This document shows, piece by piece, positions 1 to 9,798 of a stretch of 34,643 bases of DNA. The translations under genes were made by a program, and so were the position numbers. The number at the start of each line of letters is the position of its first letter. The first letter of the stretch is position 1. Location of the stretch: positions 1 through 34,643 of the forward strand of contig CAYMEV010000030.1 of NCBI GenBank assembly GCA_964389675.1, in the 5' to 3' direction. The notes beneath the pieces were generated by a model, which made no database searches, was not told where the DNA came from, and was given only the letters and a program-made list of their open reading frames with translations. Source of the DNA: an uncultured Candidatus Sumerlaeota bacterium. Its GTDB lineage: Bacteria; CAYMEV01.

Positions 1-154
1 TCTTGATTTTTGCTCGGATTTATCGTATAAATGTTTTATAAGAGATTTTTAGGTATTAAGGGAGTCTGTTTTTTATACCAGGCAGTCATATAAGCTTTAT
101 AAATCAAGCATTAAATCATCCATAGATTTTATACTCAAAAAAAGCAAAAGCCCC

Positions 155-511
155 ATGAGCATTAAGGAAATATATAATGATATAAGGAGGCTTAAAAAGA
201 AAAGCGTATCATTCGCCAAGGTGAGGAATATGGTCTATTCCAGCAGGGATTTCCTCACATGGGAAAGGGGCAGGTACATACATGTGCAAAGGCTGGTTTC
301 TGACCTTGACAGCCTTGAGAATATTGAAGCCCATATAATATCAGAGCTTGAGAGAAGAAGAGAAACCCTTTCCATCAGGGAAATATTCTCTTTTTTTTCA
401 GAGCAGTGCAGGGCAGAGAGGATAAACAACCCCTATGCCCTTTACTCCTGTCTGAAATACAGGGCAAACCCCTGTATCAGATATCCTTTATTTCCAAAAA
501 TTACCTTATAA
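155..511 (+). CDS. Hypothetical protein (118 aa)
   Basis: ATG-started ORF with protein-like composition and no obvious SD. Its 3' end overlaps the convergent C25 gene stop by 11 bp (501-511). No family recognised. Confidence 0.5.
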   Translation: MSIKEIYNDIRRLKKKSVSFAKVRNMVYSSRDFLTWERGRYIHVQRLVSDLDSLENIEAHIISELERRRETLSIREIFSFFSEQCRAERINNPYALYSCLKYRANPCIRYPLFPKITL

Positions 512-3500
512 CAGCCATTGCATTTGTATTGCCGGTCGAAGTCATAAGCTCAAATTCTGCTGATGATGTTTTCCACAGATATAATGCACCGCTGGATGTT
601 GAACACATAATAAGGTCATCTTTATCATAGCCTGTAAATTTTCCTGCAAGGATCCTCTTGTATGAACCGTTTGCAAGAACAGTCCATTCCAGTGTGGAGT
701 ATGCATAATAATAGACATTATCCTGATAGGTAATAACAACCTCACATCCGGAATCTCCTGCAATATCGCCTGTTGCGATGGGATGCCCCTTTGTGGGGGT
801 CGCTATAAGTATCCTGTTCCACTGCAGGCCCTTTGAATCACCGCCTTTGGAAATCCATGTATGATCTGACCTTATATCCTTTGCAAGATCAATTATTTGG
901 TATTTTTCATAGATGCTCTTTTTCAGCTCAAATGACAGGTCCTTATCAGGAATATACCTGACCATATAGATCCCTATACCGCTGAATACGCATGCCATTT
1001 CATTATAGCCATCACCGGTAATATCTGCAGCTGCAACATCTAAGGGCTTTGCCATAAGAATAGTGGTGAATGAACCTGCTGAAAAATCATACAGGTAAAG
1101 CCTTTCGATTCCATCAAAGGTGGCAATAAGCTCATCTATTGAATCTGCATCCCTGTCCATGTCAACTGCATGAAGCATATCTGCAGGATACTGGATAATA
1201 TTTGACCATGATGATGTATCGTAATTAAATCTGTAGAGCCCATATGAAGTAAAGCTGGCAATAACCTCCTTTTTAGGCCCCGCTGCAGTCTTTGCCAGGG
1301 TAAAATCTATGGTGTCATAGACTGCAATATTTGTCCACTGCATTGTATTCTGATCATAATAATAGAGTCCAAAACCTGGTATAAGAGCAACAAATTCTAA
1401 AATACCATCTCCGGTAATATCGCCCGCCTCTATCCTTGATGCAGTACTTCCGCTGAATATATTGCTCCATGTTGAACCCTTTGTTTTTAGTGTTATTGGT
1501 TTTGATTGGCTGTAACTCCATGTATATAGGCCTTCTGCTCCTTCATCTTCAATGCTGATAACTGCATTCTCTGAAACAATGTCAGGCTCCCATCTGACAT
1601 AGTCCACCCAGCCTGTGTCATCATTCTCTTCAACATACTCATCCTTATCATAGACCCACTCAAGGACATTTGTCCCTTCCTCTATCTCGTATGTCTTTTC
1701 CTGCCAGTCAACTACACCGCAGATAGCGTCCATCTCAGTGCTGTTTATATAGAAACGGAGATAATCATAATCATCCTCTGAAGATACCTTCCAGTGAAAT
1801 GTCAGTGTCCCGGGACCCGTTACCTCCGTGCTTAATGTAGTGGTTGAATTATTGCCTATTGCTCCGCTTCTTGCAGATGAACCCCCATAATAATAATTAT
1901 CGCTCTGCCCGTACCAGACATATTCCCCGCCTGCACTTGAGCTTGTGCTCCAGACAAGGGATGTATTGTCAAGTGCTTCACCCAGAGGCATAGAGTGAGT
2001 AAAAACATTTGCCTCATTGGAATAAGCTGAATTTTCAGATGCATTGTATGCCCTTACCCTGTAATAATAGCTCGTATTTGCAGAAAGGCCCGAATCCTGA
2101 TAACTGGAAACATTTGCGCCGACAGTACCTGCCTGGCTCCATGTTCCTGATGAACCGGTTTTTCTATCTACCTTAAACCCTGTCTCATTATCAGAATTAT
2201 CAGTCCAGGTAAGGTTGACCTGGCTTGATGAAACAGCAGTTGCCTGAAGGTTTGAAGGGGCTGATATATTGCTCTGCACATCTTTGTGAGCTGTAATTGA
2301 TGGATCGCCGAGGTGGTTCAGTGCAAAATGCACCCATCTGAAAGCATAGTCGGAATCAGCAGAGCCTGTCATCTGGATCTTTGCCTGGGTAAATCCCGCA
2401 CCTACAATATTCTGATATGTTGTATCCAGAGTATATCTGAATATCCAGTCATTATACTGAAAAGAAGGGCCGTGTGTATCATAGCTGTTATAGCCTATAC
2501 CGTACCTGGATGCTCCAAGGTAAGCAACAGCACCTCCGTCGGCATTCCTGATAAAAGCCTCTCCCAGGCATGGGTCTGAAGCCCCTGAAACCTCAGGGTC
2601 AAAAGCATTGGTAATACATGCAATAGTAACAACTATACCCGGAATATTGTCAAGCGCAAGAGCGCTTGAAGAGGTGAAATCACTTCCTGATTCCATGGCC
2701 CATATGGTTACATTACCATGTGTCGCCATATGGAAGAAATTCATCCCCTGGTTCAGCAAAGCTGAGAGGGTGGCAACAGAGACAGTAGCATTCGTATCAT
2801 AAAGAGTATTCTTATTATGCCCCGACCAGTAGGGTTCTATAAAATCTGAATACATGACCTCGCTCTTTGCTTCGGCATCACCTGAATAATAAAAAAGCTG
2901 GACGCCTGACAGAAGCAGGTTCTTCGGGAAGCTCGAATCTGAAGCTGCATCGATATATTCCCCTACCTTTGCCATATAATCCAGTATCTGCTGTGATTCC
3001 CTTACTGCCAGCCTGCCAATGATTACATCAGGAGATATATCTGCATTATCGCCGCTCATTTCACCGACATAGGAATCACCGTCGGCATTCCAGTCGAACT
3101 GGTCGTCAAAACAGCTGTAGAAGACATCGCCAGGCAATGTATTATCTGTCTCTTTTGCGAAGTCAAGATATCCGTACAGATTCTGGTCATGGACGCTGTA
3201 TGTTGAGCTTGTGCCTCCATCTCCTATAAGAAATACATATGTTATATTATTGTTCTGGACATAGTCATATATGCAGTTCTTGATCTTCATCTGTGTTGTA
3301 GATCCCGAATATGCTGATGTAATCTCAGATACTGTAATTATATCTGAGCTTATGCCTGCACCTGCCCTGAAGGTTGCATAACTCTGAGCTGCTGATTCAA
3401 ATGTGCTGGTAGTTATTATAAGCATATCATAATCAGTCTTCGCACGTACCGGATTCATCTTCTCAGGATAAAAAATGGCTATATCAGCCGGGTTAACCAC

Positions 3501-4100
3501 TGATCTGGATATAATATCATTAAAGACTGAATTTGGCCTGTAATAAACAGGGCTCTTTTCCTTTTTATAGCTGCATAAAACCTCGAAGGATACATCCTGA
3601 TACAATGACAGCTGGCCTGTATTTGTATCATAAATAAAGGGGTAATAGCTGAAATAAAGTATATTGAATCCCCTGGTCTTCTCTATGGAATGAAAAACAA
3701 TCCTACTGGAAGGATAAACTTTCCCGCTTTTGTATACTGAAGGATCAGCTCCTATTTCCGAAAACCTGGGTTTTGATATTATCTCATAACCCTGAAAGGG
3801 ATAAGGGATCATTTCTCCTAAAATGACTCTGTCTCTCTCGTCCAGTATGATATCCTTTACTTCACATTCTGCAGGTACAAGAACCCTGATCATATAGGCA
3901 GGGATATCAGGTTCTCCTTCCTTTGCAAGTGAATAAGCATTTGGATCGCTGTAGGATATCCTGTAATAATCCTTATACGGCTCCATGCGAACTTTATCAG
4001 CATCAAAGCAGATGTCAAAACGTACAGTTCCTGCAAAACATATATTACTTACAGCAGCCAATAGAATAAGCATAAAAGCAAACCTGGCGACTTTGTACAT
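501..4100 (-). CDS. Secreted gingipain-like C25 cysteine peptidase: signal peptide, C25 propeptide, C25 catalytic domain, FN3, jelly-roll domain, C-terminal FG-GAP-like propeller
   Basis: Signal peptide MYKVARFAFMLILLAAVSNICFA. Propeptide motifs EGEPDIP and YYPFIYD. C25 motifs YVFLIGD, DVIIGRL, catalytic His in ATHGN (~2718-2720), catalytic Cys in IACITNAF (~2616-2718 region, codon 2616-2618), LGEAF, GGAVAYLGASR and LGDPS. FN3 motif WTDNSDNETGF. SD-like AGGGGG upstream. Confidence 0.92.
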   Translation of the reverse strand: MYKVARFAFMLILLAAVSNICFAGTVRFDICFDADKVRMEPYKDYYRISYSDPNAYSLAKEGEPDIPAYMIRVLVPAECEVKDIILDERDRVILGEMIPYPFQGYEIISKPRFSEIGADPSVYKSGKVYPSSRIVFHSIEKTRGFNILYFSYYPFIYDTNTGQLSLYQDVSFEVLCSYKKEKSPVYYRPNSVFNDIISRSVVNPADIAIFYPEKMNPVRAKTDYDMLIITTSTFESAAQSYATFRAGAGISSDIITVSEITSAYSGSTTQMKIKNCIYDYVQNNNITYVFLIGDGGTSSTYSVHDQNLYGYLDFAKETDNTLPGDVFYSCFDDQFDWNADGDSYVGEMSGDNADISPDVIIGRLAVRESQQILDYMAKVGEYIDAASDSSFPKNLLLSGVQLFYYSGDAEAKSEVMYSDFIEPYWSGHNKNTLYDTNATVSVATLSALLNQGMNFFHMATHGNVTIWAMESGSDFTSSSALALDNIPGIVVTIACITNAFDPEVSGASDPCLGEAFIRNADGGAVAYLGASRYGIGYNSYDTHGPSFQYNDWIFRYTLDTTYQNIVGAGFTQAKIQMTGSADSDYAFRWVHFALNHLGDPSITAHKDVQSNISAPSNLQATAVSSSQVNLTWTDNSDNETGFKVDRKTGSSGTWSQAGTVGANVSSYQDSGLSANTSYYYRVRAYNASENSAYSNEANVFTHSMPLGEALDNTSLVWSTSSSAGGEYVWYGQSDNYYYGGSSARSGAIGNNSTTTLSTEVTGPGTLTFHWKVSSEDDYDYLRFYINSTEMDAICGVVDWQEKTYEIEEGTNVLEWVYDKDEYVEENDDTGWVDYVRWEPDIVSENAVISIEDEGAEGLYTWSYSQSKPITLKTKGSTWSNIFSGSTASRIEAGDITGDGILEFVALIPGFGLYYYDQNTMQWTNIAVYDTIDFTLAKTAAGPKKEVIASFTSYGLYRFNYDTSSWSNIIQYPADMLHAVDMDRDADSIDELIATFDGIERLYLYDFSAGSFTTILMAKPLDVAAADITGDGYNEMACVFSGIGIYMVRYIPDKDLSFELKKSIYEKYQIIDLAKDIRSDHTWISKGGDSKGLQWNRILIATPTKGHPIATGDIAGDSGCEVVITYQDNVYYYAYSTLEWTVLANGSYKRILAGKFTGYDKDDLIMCSTSSGALYLWKTSSAEFELMTSTGNTNAMAVIR

Positions 4101-4214
4101 AAAAATACCCCCTGATTATATTATATTTATATCATTGATATACATTGGTACCTATGGTACAGCGCTTTCATAGAAAAATCAATCTTTTTTACCTTTTTTC
4201 GGAAATATTTGAGA

Positions 4215-4240
4215 GGCAGGCGCCTTAACAGGCGCCTGCC
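4215..4240 (-). terminator. Stem-loop downstream of the metalloprotease gene (probable terminator or mRNA-stabilising hairpin)
   Basis: Perfect 10-bp stem GGCAGGCGCC-ttaaca-GGCGCCTGCC about 20 nt after the stop at 4260. The U-tract is weak. Confidence 0.65.
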
Positions 4241-4259
4241 CATTATTTTGGAAAAATAG

Positions 4260-7200
4260 CTATCTTATTGTAGCCATGGCATTGCTGTCACCCGCTGGTG
4301 ATATCAGCTCATAGGACGCTGTGGATGTTTTCCTTAAGTATATATCGCCATTGCTTGTAGCGCACATAATAAGGTCATCCTTTTCCCCTCCTGTGAACCT
4401 TCCGGATATTACCCTCTTGAATGAACCATTTATCAGTGTTGCCCATGATGATGTGTTATATGTATAAAAGGACAATTTCCCTCCGTATGTCATAAAAACT
4501 TCGGCACCTGCATCATCGCTGATATCTCCAGCCGCAATAAGATGGCCGGATGTTGGTGTACCCCATGTCAGCCTGTTCCATTGCAGGCCTCTGCTGTTCT
4601 TCGGCATCCATTCATGATTCCTCTCAATATCATTCAGATCAAACACCACATATTTTTCATCCAGAGTTTTCTCCATCTCCTGAAGCATGTTTTTCTCCGG
4701 TATGTACCTGACCATATAGACCCCTATACCGTCAAAAACGCATACCATCTCATAATTTCCGTCACAGGTTACATCAGCTGAAATTACCTGGGATGGCTTT
4801 GCCATCAGTATGGTAGTAAAACCGCTTGTATTGAAATCATACAGGTACATCCTGTTAATGCCTGTAAATGTTGCTATAAGTTCATCAATGCCTGAGGTGT
4901 CCCTGTCAATATTGACTGCATGCAAAAGGTCGGCAGGATACTGTATTATGCTCGACCATGAGGAGGCATCAAAGTCATACTTATAAAGGCCATAACTGCT
5001 GAAGGATGCTATTACCTGTTTTTTGACCCCGGCAGATGTCCTTGCAAGGGTAAAATCAAGGGTGTCATATGTCGCAAGGTTAGTCCAGCTGGCTGTTCCA
5101 GGATTATAGTAATAAAGGCCATACCCGTCTATCAGCGCGACAAAATCAAAGATTCCGTCCCCTGTTATATCAGCTACATCTATCTTTGATGCAGTAACAT
5201 TATTGAAGATCTTATTCCATGAAGATCCCTTCTCACTCTGCATGTTAGATTTAGACTCCGTATAGCCCCAGGTATATATTCCCTTTGCAGATGTATTTTC
5301 TATGCTTATTACAGCCTCATCCTGAGGAAACTCCATTTCAAAATCCACATAATCAAGGTATGCAGTATCAAGGTAGGATGAACCGGATGGATCCTTGACA
5401 TAGAACCACTCCAGCTGATGGCTTCCCGGCTCAATTGCATAGGCCTGCTGAACCCAGTCTACCTGGCCGCTGATCTGGTCCTGCGGTGTTCCATCTATAA
5501 AGAAGATGAAGAGATCCATATTCTCTTCTGATGATACCTTCCAGTAGAATGAAAGGTCTCCAGGGCCTTCCACAGTTGTCATAACACCCGTTTCTTCTCC
5601 ATGGGTTATGGCACCTGCCTGTCCCGCAGAGTTACCGTGGTAATAATCCCCGTCCTGGCCGTGCCAGTATGTATAATTTACTGTTCCTGTCGTATTCCAT
5701 ATAAGCTCAGCATTATCAAGGGCAATCTCCAGCGGATATGCCACAAGTGTCGTACTGTTTGTCTCGTTAGAATAAGGGGATATACCGTAATCATTATAGG
5801 CGCTTACCCTGTAGTAGTATGTAGTTACCGGCGTAAGCCCTGTATCATTGTAATATGTTGTCTCAGCAGGCAATGTTGTAATTTCTGCCCATGTCCCTGT
5901 TGAGCCTGCCTTTCTCTCAACAGCAAACCCCGTTTCATTTGTGGACATGTCAATCCAGTTAAGGTCTATCTGCGATGAGGAAAATGGTACTGATGCCAGC
6001 GAAGCAGGAGGCATAGGCGGAATATCAAATGTAGTGTCATAGGCCTCATTGGAAAAAGATGAGTCGCCTGCATTATTATATGCACATACCCTGTAATAAT
6101 AGGTCGTATTATAATTCAGCCCTGTATCGCTGTAGTATGTATAATTTGCCCCGACTGTCGTTATCTGGCCCCATGTCCCTCCGGCACCTGTTTTCCTTTC
6201 TATCTTAAAACCTGTTTCATTGCTGGAATTATCAGTCCAGCTTATGCCTATCTCAGATGATGAAACAGCCGTTGCTGACAGCCCTGATGGAGCATCTGGG
6301 ACTGACCTGTATGCAGCAATGACATGCTTTACCTCTCTGATGTCCCTGGCATTATCACCATCATTTACATCACCCGTTGCCACTCCCATGTGGTTTACAC
6401 TTGGATTTGAAAAATAGGCTACCCTTGAATGAGTCTGGCCGTCAGCAAAGTATGTCCCGCTTTCATAGGTCATTACGGAACAGTATCTGTTAGAATCAGA
6501 ACCAACCCATCTCCATCCTGCGGAGTAGCTGAAAAGCCCCGGGCCCGGCTGGACATTCTGCTGTTTGTGATGGTGAGCACCCATATTATGCCCTGCTTCA
6601 TGAATTGTCGTATATGTCCATGAAGCCTGCTGTACCCTTGATATTGCAAAAGCGTAATCCGGAAGCCCGTTAATTGTATTCAGCTGCCACCCCAGTCCCC
6701 CGGTATCCTCAACATAGGTAAACAATCCTACAAGGTCAGCACAGTATGTATCCCTCCATGTATGGACTTCATCCATATAGCCGTCAGTATATGTAAGCCT
6801 GTCCAGGTCAGTATATGAGCTTCCGCTTTCTGTATAGGTAACCTGTGCAGAATGCACCAGGGTCATTGTTACAATGGTAAGGCTGTTGTCCAGTGTCAGC
6901 TGGGCTTTCTGCATCGCCTGGGATATTGTATTGCTTATCCCGCTTTCATTTGAGCTTGCCCAGGAACTTGCTGCAGGAGTGTAAACTATCATTATATCGA
7001 TCGTTGCAGGATCTGATGGCCCGAGGTCCTTCCCATGGGGCCCTGCCTCCCCATCGACCTGAGATTCTTTTTTAGTATCTGCAATGGAGGGAGGTATCAA
7101 AACCGGCATGCTCTCAAGCTTATCCATAAATCTCATGTCAATTTCCATAAGGTAATGGGTCATGGTTTCCGGATTGCCTGTAATGATATAGTGCTCGCCC

Positions 7201-7607
7201 CTCTCAGGAATTTCTATTTCACCCAGGCTTCTGCCTTCAGTAGTGGATATTATAAGGTATCCATGCTCATATCCCTCAATTCGGGCCCTTATTGCCAGTG
7301 TGCCGTTTATATTGACACTTGTCCTGTCTATTATTGCTGTATAACGGCTGTCTGAAAAGAGATCCAGGATAACCCTGTCACCGGATTCTGCAATATCCTG
7401 AGACCTGAATTCTTCTGAGATTACTGCCTCCTTATATCTTGATACAGCGTCTGAATTGTCATAGAACCACAGGTCAGCCTCCGCAGTGCCGGAATATTTT
7501 TCTGATTTGCAGTCCTCGAAAAGGCTGTATTCAGAACCTGCCTGTGCAGAAAATGTAAAAGCCATAAAAATAAGAATTGTGCAAATAATAGTATAAAACC
7601 ATTTCAT
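4260..7607 (-). CDS. Secreted metzincin metalloprotease (M12/reprolysin-like): signal peptide, pro-region, catalytic domain, 2x FN3, jelly-roll domain, C-terminal FG-GAP-like propeller
   Basis: Signal peptide MKWFYTIICTILIFMAFTFSAQA. First catalytic strand TIDIMIVYTPAA. Zinc motif HEAGHNMGAHH (~6570-6602) and Met-turn CSVMTY. Two FN3 repeats (WTDNSSNETGF, WIDMSTNETGF). SD AAGGGG. Confidence 0.9.
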   Translation of the reverse strand: MKWFYTIICTILIFMAFTFSAQAGSEYSLFEDCKSEKYSGTAEADLWFYDNSDAVSRYKEAVISEEFRSQDIAESGDRVILDLFSDSRYTAIIDRTSVNINGTLAIRARIEGYEHGYLIISTTEGRSLGEIEIPERGEHYIITGNPETMTHYLMEIDMRFMDKLESMPVLIPPSIADTKKESQVDGEAGPHGKDLGPSDPATIDIMIVYTPAASSWASSNESGISNTISQAMQKAQLTLDNSLTIVTMTLVHSAQVTYTESGSSYTDLDRLTYTDGYMDEVHTWRDTYCADLVGLFTYVEDTGGLGWQLNTINGLPDYAFAISRVQQASWTYTTIHEAGHNMGAHHHKQQNVQPGPGLFSYSAGWRWVGSDSNRYCSVMTYESGTYFADGQTHSRVAYFSNPSVNHMGVATGDVNDGDNARDIREVKHVIAAYRSVPDAPSGLSATAVSSSEIGISWTDNSSNETGFKIERKTGAGGTWGQITTVGANYTYYSDTGLNYNTTYYYRVCAYNNAGDSSFSNEAYDTTFDIPPMPPASLASVPFSSSQIDLNWIDMSTNETGFAVERKAGSTGTWAEITTLPAETTYYNDTGLTPVTTYYYRVSAYNDYGISPYSNETNSTTLVAYPLEIALDNAELIWNTTGTVNYTYWHGQDGDYYHGNSAGQAGAITHGEETGVMTTVEGPGDLSFYWKVSSEENMDLFIFFIDGTPQDQISGQVDWVQQAYAIEPGSHQLEWFYVKDPSGSSYLDTAYLDYVDFEMEFPQDEAVISIENTSAKGIYTWGYTESKSNMQSEKGSSWNKIFNNVTASKIDVADITGDGIFDFVALIDGYGLYYYNPGTASWTNLATYDTLDFTLARTSAGVKKQVIASFSSYGLYKYDFDASSWSSIIQYPADLLHAVNIDRDTSGIDELIATFTGINRMYLYDFNTSGFTTILMAKPSQVISADVTCDGNYEMVCVFDGIGVYMVRYIPEKNMLQEMEKTLDEKYVVFDLNDIERNHEWMPKNSRGLQWNRLTWGTPTSGHLIAAGDISDDAGAEVFMTYGGKLSFYTYNTSSWATLINGSFKRVISGRFTGGEKDDLIMCATSNGDIYLRKTSTASYELISPAGDSNAMATIR

Positions 7608-7648
7608 AATATTTCCCCTTCTATTATTAATTTTTTACTTTTTTATCC

Positions 7649-7678
7649 ATTATAGCAGTTTAGTATGCATTAATGCAA
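7649..7678 (-). promoter_or_regulatory. Putative sigma70-type promoter of the metalloprotease gene
   Basis: Minus strand reads TTGCAT-18 nt-TATAAT with an extended -10 (TGcTATAAT), about 40 nt upstream of the ATG at 7607. Confidence 0.55.
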
Positions 7679-7740
7679 TCTTTTATAAAATATTTTCTTT
7701 TCTTTCCATATTTCATGCTGGTCTATTATGCATCATAAGG

Positions 7741-9798
7741 TCATTTCCCCTTAAGCAGATGGCTTACCTTTACTGATATATCTCTAATTGTAAACGGTTT
7801 CTGGATAAATGGCACACTTGCACCTGCAACACCCTGGTCTGCTACTACATCAGGAGAATATCCGGACATGAAAAGAAGCTTTATATCCGGGTGGATCTTT
7901 ATCATCTTACTCCCCAGTTCCCTGCCGTTCATTTCGGGCATTATAACATCAGTTATCAGCAGGTCCAGATTATCAGTGATCTCATTTGCCAGTTTGAGGG
8001 CTTCACCTGCTGACCTGGCCGTAAAGACCTTGTAGCCCAGCTGTTCAAGTATTGCCTTGCTTATCCTCAGGATCTCATCCTCATCTTCCACAAGAAGTAT
8101 TGTTTCACCATTCCCCAGTGCAATGTCCTCATCTTCTTCCTCACAGGCATCTTCGAGATTACCATCATATCTTGGCAAATATACCCTGAAAACACTGCCC
8201 TTGCCCGGCTCGCTTTTCACATCAATAAAGCCGTTGTTCTGCTTAACTATCCCGTACACTGTCGCAAGGCCAAGCCCGGTACCCTTTCCAACATCCTTGG
8301 TGGTATAGAATGGTTCAAACAGCTTTTTCAATGTTTCTTCGTCCATACCGCAACCGTCGTCGCTTACAGCAAGCATTACAAAATCCCCCTGCAGATATCC
8401 TGAGTGTTCTCTGCAGTAATCTTCATCAAAACTCAGCATGCCTGTTTCAATGGTTAGCATGCCTACGCCCTCTATTGCATCGCTTGCATTTACGCATAAA
8501 TTTACAAGTATCTGGTCAAGCTGTGTGGGGTCCATGTTAACATGCCATAACCCGCTCTTAGGCAGCCAGACTATGTCGATATCCTCGCTTATAAGCCTTC
8601 TGAGCATCTTCAGCATACCTTCAACAGTCTCATTCATATCTATAATATGCGGTTCAACAGCCTGCTTTCTGGCAAATGCCAGCAGCTGTCTTGTAAGTGC
8701 AGATGCCCTGTCAATACAGTGCATAATATCAACTGAAAATTCATGGGCTTTATTATCCTCGGGAAGTTCATTTAACAGCATCTCATTATAACCGAGCATG
8801 CTCTGAAGGATATTATTGAAATCATGGGCAATACCCCCGGCCAGCCTTCCCACGGACTCCATTTTCTGTGCATGGGTCAGCTGTGCATGAAGCCTTTCCT
8901 GTTCCTCTTCGGCCCTTTTTCTCTCAGTTATATCAGTAAAGACTATGAAATCAAATCCCCCGCTCGTGGACATCCTGAATTCTATCTCTTTGACCGTTCC
9001 GTCCCTGCATCTTACAGGGTACTCCATTGGCTTTATATCTGATCCGGCAGTTCTGGCCTTTTTGACCATTTCAAGCCATTCCTGCCTGAAATGCATTCTG
9101 ATCTCTTCATCAGGAAATGCATTACTCTGCCAGGCTTCAACATCAGGCGTATCATCAAGCGTATAACCGAACATGGATGTAAACTTCTTGCTTGCATAGA
9201 TCCCCACACCTTCTTTGTTTGTGATAATGACACCAACAGGGGCAGTATCTGCAAAAAGCCTGAAGCGTGACTCACTTTCCCTTAATGCCTCTTCAGCTTC
9301 AAGCCTTTCCTTCATCTGATTCTCTACCTCAAGCACCTTCTGCTCAAGCTTCTTCACAAGCCTTTCGCTGTATAGCTTCAGTGCCTCTTCCTCGTGTACT
9401 GAAGGCTTTGCAAGGGACCCTCCATGCTTCCTGTATTCCTCCATAAGCCCATTGACAGCATTTATAAACACATCCGGCTCACAGGGCTTTTCAATAAACC
9501 TGTCTGCGCCTATCTTCAGCGCGAACTCTTCATCCTGGGCACTGGTATATGTTGCAGTATATATTATAAATGGAATAATTCGCAGTTTTTCATCGGTCTT
9601 TACCTTTCTTAAAAGCTGGAAACCGTCCATTACAGGCATGAGAATATCGCTTATTATCATGTCAATCCCGCCCTTTTTTATTATATCCATTGCCTCTGCC
9701 CCGTTTGAAGCAAAGATGGTGTGGTACCCGTTTCCTTTAAGCAGGCTCTCCAGCAGATACCGGTTTTCTTCATGGTCATCAACAATGAGAATATTCAT
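7741..9798 (-). CDS. Cytoplasmic hybrid histidine kinase, REC-PAS-HisKA-HATPase-REC (CckA-like H box)
   Basis: MNILIVDD/ISDILMPVMDG receiver, PAS ending FTDITERK, H box GGIAHDFNNIL, N box NLCVNASDA, G boxes DDGCGM and GKGTGLGL, C-terminal REC with LLVEDE/ITDVIMPEMNG. Start moved from 9831 to 9798: SD AAGGAGG and an ATGA overlap with the upstream stop. Confidence 0.93.
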   Translation of the reverse strand: MNILIVDDHEENRYLLESLLKGNGYHTIFASNGAEAMDIIKKGGIDMIISDILMPVMDGFQLLRKVKTDEKLRIIPFIIYTATYTSAQDEEFALKIGADRFIEKPCEPDVFINAVNGLMEEYRKHGGSLAKPSVHEEEALKLYSERLVKKLEQKVLEVENQMKERLEAEEALRESESRFRLFADTAPVGVIITNKEGVGIYASKKFTSMFGYTLDDTPDVEAWQSNAFPDEEIRMHFRQEWLEMVKKARTAGSDIKPMEYPVRCRDGTVKEIEFRMSTSGGFDFIVFTDITERKRAEEEQERLHAQLTHAQKMESVGRLAGGIAHDFNNILQSMLGYNEMLLNELPEDNKAHEFSVDIMHCIDRASALTRQLLAFARKQAVEPHIIDMNETVEGMLKMLRRLISEDIDIVWLPKSGLWHVNMDPTQLDQILVNLCVNASDAIEGVGMLTIETGMLSFDEDYCREHSGYLQGDFVMLAVSDDGCGMDEETLKKLFEPFYTTKDVGKGTGLGLATVYGIVKQNNGFIDVKSEPGKGSVFRVYLPRYDGNLEDACEEEDEDIALGNGETILLVEDEDEILRISKAILEQLGYKVFTARSAGEALKLANEITDNLDLLITDVIMPEMNGRELGSKMIKIHPDIKLLFMSGYSPDVVADQGVAGASVPFIQKPFTIRDISVKVSHLLKGK

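Noticed and set aside
501-4100. Calling the C25 protein PorU, RgpA or Kgp
   Set aside because: The architecture differs (FN3, jelly-roll and FG-GAP-like tail), there is no T9SS CTD, and no porV or other T9SS gene is nearby. P1 specificity cannot be read by eye.
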